Shown: piece by piece, positions 1 through 6,854 of the stretch
Position numbering within the stretch: the stretch's first letter is position 1
Layout: the number at the start of each line of letters is the position of its first letter
DNA from: Clostridia bacterium
GTDB lineage: Bacteria > Bacillota > Clostridia > UBA1212 > UBA1255
Length of the DNA stretch: 58,597 nt
Assembly (NCBI GenBank): GCA_017613535.1
Contig: JAGADO010000023.1
Location: forward strand, 1 to 58,597
Direction of reading: 5' to 3'
The notes under the pieces: model-generated
The model's input: only the letters and a program-made list of their open reading frames with translations
Database searches by the model: none
What the model was told of the DNA's origin: nothing
Translations under genes and position numbers: made by a program

Positions 1-54
1 CTGGGTCAGCCCTCTTTCCTTTCTCAGTTCAGCTATCCGGCCGCCGATGTCCAT
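1..54 (-). CDS. 5' end (first 18 codons) of an XRE-family helix-turn-helix regulator; the gene runs off the left edge of the window
   Basis: The reverse strand reads ATG GAC ATC GGC GGC CGG ATA GCT GAA CTG AGA AAG GAA AGA GGG CTG ACC CAG = MDIGGRIAELRKERGLTQ. This nearly matches the N-terminus METGSRIAELRKERGLTQ of the HTH protein at 33941-34399. An AAGGGA SD-like sequence lies 4 nt upstream. Confidence 0.5.
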   Translation of the reverse strand, partial: MDIGGRIAELRKERGLTQ

Positions 55-147
55 TTCGTCCCTTTGTTTCTGTCCTTTGTTTCTGTTTTCGGTATCGATC
101 GATCCAATTTTTGCATGCATGCGCAGGCTCCCGCCTGCTTCGGTCAA

Positions 148-176
148 ATTATATTGCCTCAAGGGCAAGGAAGCAA
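148..176 (-). promoter_or_regulatory. Candidate sigma-A promoter for the truncated XRE gene (TTGCTT-N17-TATAAT)
   Basis: Reverse strand: -35 TTGCTT (176-171), 17-nt spacer, -10 TATAAT (153-148). The leader holds 10-bp perfect palindromes GCATGCATGC (113-122) and ATCGATCGAT (94-103), plus a 2 x 13-bp tandem CCTTTGTTTCTGT (61-86). Confidence 0.35.
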
Positions 177-194
177 GATACAAATCGCAACACA

Positions 195-292
195 GCGCCT
201 GGCGGCACGTGAATTGCACTTCGTGCATGAATTGTGCTTCGCACGTGAATAGTCGCTGCGCGACATGATTTGCGCCTTGCGGCGCATAATTT
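195..292. repeat. Tandem array of about 5 short palindrome or hairpin units (18-21 bp each), each followed by an ATGAATT-like tail
   Basis: GCAC-TTC-GTGC ATGAATT (216-233); GTGC-TTC-GCAC GTGAATA (234-251); GTCGC-TGC-GCGAC ATGATTT (252-271); GCGCC-TTGC-GGCGC ATAATTT (272-292); a degenerate first unit at 195-215. The stems differ in sequence but stay self-complementary. Confidence 0.85.
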
Positions 293-293
293 G

Positions 294-391
294 TTGCAAG
301 TTGTAAGTGGCAAGTGATAAGTTGCAAGTGAAAAGTAGCAAGTTGCAAATGGCAAGTGGCAAGTGAAAAGTGGCAAGTTGCAAGTAGATAA
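294..391. repeat. Heptanucleotide tandem repeat, block 1 (14 x 7 bp, consensus TKGCAAG)
   Basis: TTGCAAG TTGTAAG TGGCAAG TGATAAG TTGCAAG TGAAAAG TAGCAAG TTGCAAA TGGCAAG TGGCAAG TGAAAAG TGGCAAG TTGCAAG TAGATAA, read directly from the sequence. Confidence 0.95.
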
Positions 392-445
392 CTGCGCCGC
401 TTTTCCGGCCTGGCTCTGTCAGTTCAATGGTAATACGCCTAAAAA

Positions 446-630
446 TCGTAGAGAAAATCTTTATCTTACAATTCTCTATGACGAAGGCGCTGTCTTCAGC
501 GTCAAAAATGGTGATGGCGTCATAGAGAAATTCGTATAATAAAAAATCGCTATGACGTGAAGCTGAAATCTGCCGGGAAATGAGCGAGAACGTCATATAG
601 AAAACAGTGTATTAATTTCTCTATGACATA
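446..630. repeat. Six copies of a 12-14-nt motif (GTCATAGAGAAAT) in strictly alternating orientation
   Basis: Forward-type copies lie at 447-458 (degenerate), 518-532 and 589-604. Reverse-type copies lie at 471-483, 547-558 and 615-628. 472-483 is the perfect complement of 518-529 (12 bp), and 519-531 of 616-628 (13 bp). Confidence 0.85.
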
Positions 631-863
631 AAGCAAAGTGTCGTTCGAACCAGATAGATTAAATTCGCCAGTATGTTTTTGGAAGAGGTGGCGGCGCCAT
701 AAGTACTCAAACAGCGCCGGTCTTCTTTGCCACTTGCAGCTCAGTTCGCCGTGCCAATTCCCACTTAACTGTACAGCAGACTACGATTACCTTATTATCT
801 GCCTTGCGAAGCCAAGTGAATGGTTAAGAATTTCGTTTCCCCCGAAATTCGTACCATCACTCA

Positions 864-934
864 GTTTGCCCACTTGCAACTTGCCACTTTTCACTTGCCA
901 CTTTTCATTTGCCATTTTCCATTTGCCATTTCCC
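864..934. repeat. Heptanucleotide tandem repeat, block 2 (about 10 x 7 bp, complementary orientation: CTTGCCA/CTTTTCA)
   Basis: CTTGCAA CTTGCCA CTTTTCA CTTGCCA CTTTTCA TTTGCCA TTTTCCA TTTGCCA. 872-903 is the exact reverse complement of 354-385 in block 1. The block overlaps the last ~14 codons and the stop of the ORF at 891-3122. Confidence 0.95.
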
Positions 935-3122
935 CATTAATGTATACTTTCCATTCGCACCCTTCCGGCCCGGTCACGGAGTAATTGTCACCGCAGAAGG
1001 AGGCGGAAACGGGGCCCCGGGTCGTTGGCAGCACGATGGAGGCGCGACCGATACCGGCGCGGCGGAAATTGACCCGGAAGCGGCTGTAGCCCGGCTCCAG
1101 GGGCTCGATGCCGAAGATGCCCCGGGCGATCAATGCGGCGGGCGCGGCGCCCCAGGGGTGGGAGAAAGTGCTGTTGGGCTTCAGCGCGGGACTCCAGGCC
1201 TCCGCTGAGATCGTTGCCCCAAGCTCGTGCATCATATAGGCCCAGGTGTACATGTCCCCGGGGTGCTCCGAAAGCATCCAGGAGGTGGCGAGGGCAGCGG
1301 CGCCGGGAACGCCGGAACGGTACAGACCGTCGAGCAGGAAAAAAGCACCGTAAACACTGGTTTTAAGGCCGTTTGCGCTTCGGATATATTCACATACCCC
1401 TTCAAGCCGATTTTGCCTTAAAAAGGCATTTCCGAGGCCCCAGAGGGCATAAGCAGACGCGTGCTGGGAAAAATGCGTTGATCTGGTGCCGTCGGCGTAC
1501 AAACCGTCGCAAAACGCACCCTTCTCACTGTCGTACAAAGTATCATTGACCGCCGCGGCCAGCTCCCCGGCAGCAGCCAGATAGCGCGATTTTTCTTCTT
1601 CCATACCCAGGTATCCGGAGATCTCCGCCATTGACGCAAAACTCTTTACCTGAAGAGCGTTCAGCACCGTGGGATACAGCACGTTTGTGTCATAACCGTC
1701 ACGCTGAGACGGAGGCCAGTCGTACAAAACCGCATTGACCCCCTGCGCAGCCGTATTGCCGCTCCGGACCAGCCCCTGAGGGCCTTTCAAAGCAGCAAAA
1801 TTGCACTCTTTCAAGACGGAATATTGACGCCGGGCCGCGGAAAGGTCTCCGGTCTGCATCAGGTCGAGGAGGCAGATATACGGCATCAGCAATATATATT
1901 CGGCGGGCCAGGTGCGGTGGGTGCACAAATATTCGAAGGTAAACCGGGGAACGGCAGTCTCGCTGTAAAACGTGTAGGAGGCCAGCATGTTGATCAGCAG
2001 GTCGCCCTCGTAGGCACCCCGCTCCCGGGACTGGGAATCCACGTACAGATCCTGAGTCGTGGCTTTCACCGTATATTTTGTAAAATCATAAAGTTCGTTA
2101 AGCAGCGGATTATCGGAATCAAAGGAAGATTCGCTGTCGTCAAGCCCGGCTCTAAGCGCAAGTCCGTTTATACTATTTATTTCGAAAGGAACAGGGGCGG
2201 AGATTTCGGCGTAGCGGTACGTCATCATATCCGGCGCGGCAATATCCCACTCCCCCGGTCCGACGCGCCAGTGCTCTACGTAAACATTGCCCGTGCGCAT
2301 CGCGTATCTGACGCTGCCGTCCGGGTTCAGTTCTTCCCCGAAACGCACCTCGATCTCGGAATCGGTCTCCGCCTCAAGCTTTGCCCTGATGCTGCCCACG
2401 ATCTCGCGGCCGAGGTCAATAAAATACCCTTCGTCCGTTTTCCGTATATTTTCGGGCGGAACGGCTGTTTCATAGCGCTTCACCGGTCCGACAGGCGACG
2501 GGGTCAATTCATACGCGTCGAGCGCTCCTTTTTTCAGTACGGGTGCGGTAAACACGCCGCTCTCGCCTGCAGAAGCACGCCACTTCACGGCGTCAATATT
2601 CGCCGCATACGCTTTATAATAATGGGTTCCGATGGAATTGTCCGGCCGGAAAACCGGATCAGCATTCATTGCCTCCCAGCCCTCCGACGAAGTATCAAAA
2701 CCGCCTAAATATTGACCCGAACCGTCAATATAACTGACCCGGGCCAGAAGCGCCTTGCCCTCCTCCGCCATGCACAGCACAAGTATCTCATTCTGCCCTC
2801 CTGCACGGACGATCTCAGTCACATCATATGTGTTATAGTAGAGAACAGGCCTGCCGCTATCTAAACCTTCACCCCCGGGCGATCTTCCTAAACGCGACGG
2901 TCCGACACCGATCTCGACGCCGTTGAAAAACAAATCAAAAACGAACTGACGCGCAGGTTCAGGGGAAACGGCGGTGATCCCGATCAGGACCCGCGACACG
3001 TTTTCTCCAATTTCAAACTTGCGTCTGAACAGCGCAAAATAAGGCTCGCCGGGTGCCCAGATAGCTCCGGCCCCGGCGGATAACGCAAATATTTCTTTAC
3101 AGCATGACGCTTCCGCGCTCAT
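891..3122 (-). CDS. Alpha-L-rhamnosidase-like six-hairpin glycoside hydrolase (GH78-type), no signal peptide
   Basis: 743-aa ORF. Motifs VDSQSRERGAYEGD (compare the DCPxRExxGWxGD type) and FSHPWGAAPA...GIEPLEPGYSRF resemble the clearer GH78 paralog at 15379-18855. GAAAGG SD-like sequence upstream. Confidence 0.6.
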   Translation of the reverse strand: MSAEASCCKEIFALSAGAGAIWAPGEPYFALFRRKFEIGENVSRVLIGITAVSPEPARQFVFDLFFNGVEIGVGPSRLGRSPGGEGLDSGRPVLYYNTYDVTEIVRAGGQNEILVLCMAEEGKALLARVSYIDGSGQYLGGFDTSSEGWEAMNADPVFRPDNSIGTHYYKAYAANIDAVKWRASAGESGVFTAPVLKKGALDAYELTPSPVGPVKRYETAVPPENIRKTDEGYFIDLGREIVGSIRAKLEAETDSEIEVRFGEELNPDGSVRYAMRTGNVYVEHWRVGPGEWDIAAPDMMTYRYAEISAPVPFEINSINGLALRAGLDDSESSFDSDNPLLNELYDFTKYTVKATTQDLYVDSQSRERGAYEGDLLINMLASYTFYSETAVPRFTFEYLCTHRTWPAEYILLMPYICLLDLMQTGDLSAARRQYSVLKECNFAALKGPQGLVRSGNTAAQGVNAVLYDWPPSQRDGYDTNVLYPTVLNALQVKSFASMAEISGYLGMEEEKSRYLAAAGELAAAVNDTLYDSEKGAFCDGLYADGTRSTHFSQHASAYALWGLGNAFLRQNRLEGVCEYIRSANGLKTSVYGAFFLLDGLYRSGVPGAAALATSWMLSEHPGDMYTWAYMMHELGATISAEAWSPALKPNSTFSHPWGAAPAALIARGIFGIEPLEPGYSRFRVNFRRAGIGRASIVLPTTRGPVSASFCGDNYSVTGPEGCEWKVYINGEMANGKWQMKSGK

Positions 3123-3152
3123 GAGCCGCGCCTTTCGCTAAAAGCAAAACGA

Positions 3153-3713
3153 TCAGTAGATCGCCAGATACTGTATCGACGTGACGGTATCATCCTTCAG
3201 CAGGATAATAATATTAGACTTTCCGCGCGTGACCGAAACATTCGTCTTGCCCGCGGCATCCACGCCGTACGCCTTCGTCACGTCAGCGGCCTTTGCGCCT
3301 ATATAGAGGCCTTCGGGAGTCTCTACACTGTCATCCCAGAGCACTACGCCGGAAATATAGTCCGCGCCTCCTTCAGTATACGTCGTGACGTCAAAACTGC
3401 CGTACGAATAGGTCTTATCCATTCCTTCGAACGCGCAGCTCGGTTCCTCGTAATACGATCTGGGAGTGCCGAGGGCGGCAATAATATCCGCGGCAGGTGC
3501 GTTCATTATTACAGTCACATCGCCGTGCTTAAATACATAACCGTTATCATCCGAGGTACCGGAAGTAGCCGGAGCAGCCGTGGCATTATTTCCGGCGGGA
3601 GTCTGCGTTTTTCCGCTGTCCCCGGGATCGGAAGCGCATCCATACGCGAAACATACGGCGCAGATCAGTACAAGCGCCATCGCGGCGATCAATTTCTTAG
3701 TAACTTTTTTCAT
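3153..3713 (-). CDS. Small secreted or lipoprotein-like protein of unknown function
   Basis: 186-aa ORF. The N-terminal signal peptide MKKVTKKLIAAMALVLICAVCFAYGCAS is followed by a Ser/Thr/Ala-rich linker. AAAGGGAGGAAA RBS upstream. Confidence 0.6.
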   Translation of the reverse strand: MKKVTKKLIAAMALVLICAVCFAYGCASDPGDSGKTQTPAGNNATAAPATSGTSDDNGYVFKHGDVTVIMNAPAADIIAALGTPRSYYEEPSCAFEGMDKTYSYGSFDVTTYTEGGADYISGVVLWDDSVETPEGLYIGAKAADVTKAYGVDAAGKTNVSVTRGKSNIIILLKDDTVTSIQYLAIY

Positions 3714-3787
3714 ATGTATTTCCTCCCTTTCGGTGTGCGCGCAAAGCCTTTCACACCCGCGCGGCTTTTAAAAATATACCGTATTTG

Positions 3788-4873
3788 TCAGTCTCCCCAG
3801 TACCCGTCCAGCTTACCGTTCTCGCTGAGCTGCTTTGCCTGAGCCTCCGCCATCTCGTTATAGTAATCGATCCTGTCGATCCACTTCTCCTCGTACTCGG
3901 CCTCTCCGCGGTGGTTGGGAAGCGCCGTGTTTGCCTTCAGATACGTACCGAACCATTTAGTGAGTTTCTCCGCGCCGGAGAGGTTCAGGTGCATGCCCGC
4001 ATCGAAAGTATCGGTAGTATAATCTATACCGATCGTTTCGACCTCGTTCAGAATATTCACGTAGCAAAGGCCCTTTTCCTCCGCATATTTAACGATCTGC
4101 TCGTCCCACTCGTCGTACCAGTGTGGCCTGAGCGTCGGAGCCTTTATCAGGATCAGCTGTATACCGTTTCGGTCGCAGAGCGTGCGGATCTTTTCGAGAT
4201 AATCCCAGCAAACGTCAGCGAACGAATAATCAGGAAGCGGCGCGGCTTTCGGAATAGTATCGACGGGTTTTACGTCAATTCTCATAACGTAGCCGTTGTG
4301 CGAAAGCTGCCTCGTGCCGAACATATATTTGAAATCGGCGCCGGTCAATTCGTTCCATCTCGAGTGGAAGCGCAGTATAGGCATCACGTAGCTGGCGACG
4401 GTAAGAGCCTCCGAATCAGCCTCTTCCTCCGTCATTGACGCCTTAATGGCCCTGTACTTCACGTCCGACCATTTCATCCCGTCGAGGGCAAGGCGGTTAT
4501 ACGCTTCGCTCTGCGGCTCGCCGTATTTCATTGACAATACGTTGAATACGACGACTTTCGGCGTCTCGTACCGGAGCGTGTCTTCGAGCATGTAATACGA
4601 GTGCCATATGAGCTGCTGAGGGCTGCCGCGGATCGCGGACGTGATGCCGAAATCCTGCCACAGGCGCACAGGCGAGAAGTTTGAATAAACCTCGCAGTCT
4701 CCGATGAACAGAACGTCGTTGCCGCCCGCGTAGCTGTAATACTCTTTAACGAGAAGCCCTTCTTCGTTTTCTGTCACGTATTTGGGAACGAGGAGCCTCT
4801 GGAGGAGCCAGATGCCCAGCGCGAACACGAGGAGTGCGGCAGCTATCCGTATTATTATTTTTAACGCTTTCAT
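3788..4873 (-). CDS. Membrane-anchored SGNH/DltD-like protein (putative acyl or aminoacyl transfer partner of the MBOAT)
   Basis: ORF 3788-4921. I prefer the ATG at 4873 (MKALKIII...) because GGAGGTGG lies 8 nt upstream and it avoids overlap with the MBOAT stop at 4890. N-terminal TM helix; block-I-like FIGDCEV; C-terminal D-x-x-H-like DAGMHLN; position directly after the MBOAT as in dlt operons. Confidence 0.6.
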   Translation of the reverse strand: MKALKIIIRIAAALLVFALGIWLLQRLLVPKYVTENEEGLLVKEYYSYAGGNDVLFIGDCEVYSNFSPVRLWQDFGITSAIRGSPQQLIWHSYYMLEDTLRYETPKVVVFNVLSMKYGEPQSEAYNRLALDGMKWSDVKYRAIKASMTEEEADSEALTVASYVMPILRFHSRWNELTGADFKYMFGTRQLSHNGYVMRIDVKPVDTIPKAAPLPDYSFADVCWDYLEKIRTLCDRNGIQLILIKAPTLRPHWYDEWDEQIVKYAEEKGLCYVNILNEVETIGIDYTTDTFDAGMHLNLSGAEKLTKWFGTYLKANTALPNHRGEAEYEEKWIDRIDYYNEMAEAQAKQLSENGKLDGYWGD

Positions 4874-4889
4874 ACTGCCCGCCACCTCC

Positions 4890-6470
4890 TCAGAATTGTC
4901 CGTAAATGAACGCGCCCGCATCGTACCCGATACCGTACGCGCCGAAAATTGTTATAAGCAGTGCTATAAGCACAAATACAACGAGCCGCACCGCGACAGG
5001 ACGCTTAAGAATGATATTGTCCCTGACCTGCCCCTTGTTCTGGAGAACGCTTACGGTGAACATCACCGCGCAGCCCGCGAGCACTGCGATGAAGTCGGAC
5101 AACGTCAGTCCGAGTTTAAGAAAACTTCCGCTGAAGAGATTTCCCCAGTTAGCTGTTGTGAAGACCGACCATACCTGCCTGAACGTACCCGGAACGTCGC
5201 GATACACATCGAGCACGCGAATGAAGCCCATCAGCCAGAACGTGCGGAACATCTGGAAAACGTTGTAACCTTTGGTGTTACTGAAGCCGAAACGTTTGTG
5301 GAAGCGCGTGTACAGAGGCGACAATTCCTGCGAAACGATTATTACGAGGCAGTTCAGCAGGCCCCACACGATAAAGTTCCATGCCGCGCCGTGCCACAGA
5401 CCTGTCGCGAACCATACGATGATCGTGGACAAGTACACCGGCACGCGCTTGCCAATCGCCTGGCCGAGTTTTTCGCGCGACCATTTGGAGATCTTCAGCA
5501 TTTTCGGGCTGACAGAGAGCGGATAGAATATGTAGTCCTTGAACCACGTGCCCATCGTTATGTGCCAGCGGCGCCAGTATTCGGTTATATTCAGCGAGAA
5601 GAACGGCCTGTCGAAGTTTTCGGCCACTTCGATCCCGAGCATCTCCGCGACGCCTATCGTTATATCGATTCCGCCCGTGAAGTCAGCGTACAGTTCGATA
5701 GCGTAGAACAGCACGAGGGCAACGACGTACACGCCTGTGTATTTCTCCGGTTCCCCGGACAATGCCAGCACCGCGGTTATCATCCGGTCCGCGATGACAA
5801 CTTTCTTGAAGTAGCCCCACAGCACGCGCCACGCCCCTCTGGCGAATTTGTTCCAGTCAAATTTGTGCGGTCCGTACAGCGTTTTGGACAATTCATCGAA
5901 CCGGCTTATCGGGCCCTGCAAAAGCTGCGGGAAGAACGATACGAACAGTGCGAAGCGGGCAATGTTTTTTTCGGGGGCGTATTTTCCGCGGTATACGTCG
6001 ATTATGTATCCCATACTCTGGAAAATGTAGAACGATATACCCATCGGCAGCGCAAAATGCACGAAACCGATGTTTGTTCTGAAAATGCCGTTGACGATCG
6101 AGATGCCGAAATCGGTGTATTTGATCACGGCGAGCATGCCCAGGTTCAGCAGGAGGCACAGACTCATTATGAGGTAGGTGCGTTTTTTGACCTTCGCCTT
6201 GTACGCCTTTTTTGCCTCTTTATCGAGTTCGGCGCTGTGCTCTTTTATGTATTTGTCGCGGTCCGCGGCAAGTTTTCCGATGTAGATGCCTGCGAGGTAT
6301 GTTGACAATGCCGTGACGGCAATGAATATGAGTGCGCTCCATCCGGCAAATGCGTAGAAAAATACGCTGCCGGCAAGGAGCAGGATCCACTGACCCTTTT
6401 TCGGCACCAGATAGTAGAGCAATATCAGAACAGCCAGAAAGGCTAAAAATCCAAGTGATACGAAGGACAT
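4890..6470 (-). CDS. MBOAT-family membrane O-acyltransferase (DltB/AlgI-like)
   Basis: 526-aa polytopic membrane ORF with an MBOAT-type architecture, including the conserved His region (...GLWHGAAWNFIVWG...). It lies between a carrier protein and a DltD-like gene. No obvious SD before the ATG at 6470. Confidence 0.8.
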   Translation of the reverse strand: MSFVSLGFLAFLAVLILLYYLVPKKGQWILLLAGSVFFYAFAGWSALIFIAVTALSTYLAGIYIGKLAADRDKYIKEHSAELDKEAKKAYKAKVKKRTYLIMSLCLLLNLGMLAVIKYTDFGISIVNGIFRTNIGFVHFALPMGISFYIFQSMGYIIDVYRGKYAPEKNIARFALFVSFFPQLLQGPISRFDELSKTLYGPHKFDWNKFARGAWRVLWGYFKKVVIADRMITAVLALSGEPEKYTGVYVVALVLFYAIELYADFTGGIDITIGVAEMLGIEVAENFDRPFFSLNITEYWRRWHITMGTWFKDYIFYPLSVSPKMLKISKWSREKLGQAIGKRVPVYLSTIIVWFATGLWHGAAWNFIVWGLLNCLVIIVSQELSPLYTRFHKRFGFSNTKGYNVFQMFRTFWLMGFIRVLDVYRDVPGTFRQVWSVFTTANWGNLFSGSFLKLGLTLSDFIAVLAGCAVMFTVSVLQNKGQVRDNIILKRPVAVRLVVFVLIALLITIFGAYGIGYDAGAFIYGQF

Positions 6471-6476
6471 GCTATG

Positions 6477-6600
6477 GCGGTATCGGGGGCACAGCTTAGC
6501 TGCGCCGCTCGAGATTCGGTATCGGGAGCACAGCTGAAGCTATGTCCCGCGAGTGAAGCGGTATCGGGGGCACAGCTAAAGCTATGCCCCGCGATGGTGA
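6477..6600. repeat. Three tandem ~41-bp hairpin repeats in the carrier-protein/MBOAT intergenic space
   Basis: Units at 6477-6516, 6517-6557 and 6558-6600 all start (G)CGGTATCGGG(G/A)GCACAGCT. Unit 3 folds as GGGGCA-c-AGC(taaa)GCT-a-TGCCCC. Unit 2 has a compensated pair (GGGA..TCCC). Confidence 0.9.
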
Positions 6601-6605
6601 TTTGG

Positions 6606-6833
6606 TTATTCGTCTTCGAGTTTTTCGATGAGTTTCCAGAGTGCGGCGGCGGAGTTGAAGTTTTCCGGAACGATCTCGTTGGCCGGGATCTGCACGTCAA
6701 ATTCGGAGCTGATCTCGGTTATGATCGATATGATGTCGAAAGAATCGAGGATCCCGTCATCGATCAGAGTCTCGCATGTATCGTAATCAACGTCCGCGTG
6801 GATCTCCTTAAGTATCTCTAATAATTTGTCCAT
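6606..6833 (-). CDS. Acyl/peptidyl carrier protein (DltC-like)
   Basis: 75-aa acidic ORF with the phosphopantetheine-site motif GILDSFDIISII. GGGAGGA RBS upstream. Located between the adenylating enzyme and the MBOAT. Confidence 0.8.
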   Translation of the reverse strand: MDKLLEILKEIHADVDYDTCETLIDDGILDSFDIISIITEISSEFDVQIPANEIVPENFNSAAALWKLIEKLEDE

Positions 6834-6854
6834 TGTCCATCCTCCCTGCGGGAA

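Noticed and set aside
149-940. ORFs 149-376(-), 159-596(-) and 638-940(+) with LPLFTCH-type heptad peptides.
   Set aside because: They are translation artefacts of the 7-bp DNA repeat (three units equal seven codons). They are Cys/Phe/Leu-rich, have no RBS, and the same DNA is open on both strands.
4782-6305. 507-aa plus-strand ORF antisense to the MBOAT gene. Similar long antisense ORFs occur at 1824-2708, 19225-20496, 42209-43759, 44081-44884, 33308-33940 and 33920-34714.
   Set aside because: Each lies entirely opposite a gene with strong family motifs. Their translations are Arg/His/Val-rich low-complexity sequence with no motifs or RBS. These are typical shadow ORFs of GC-rich coding DNA.
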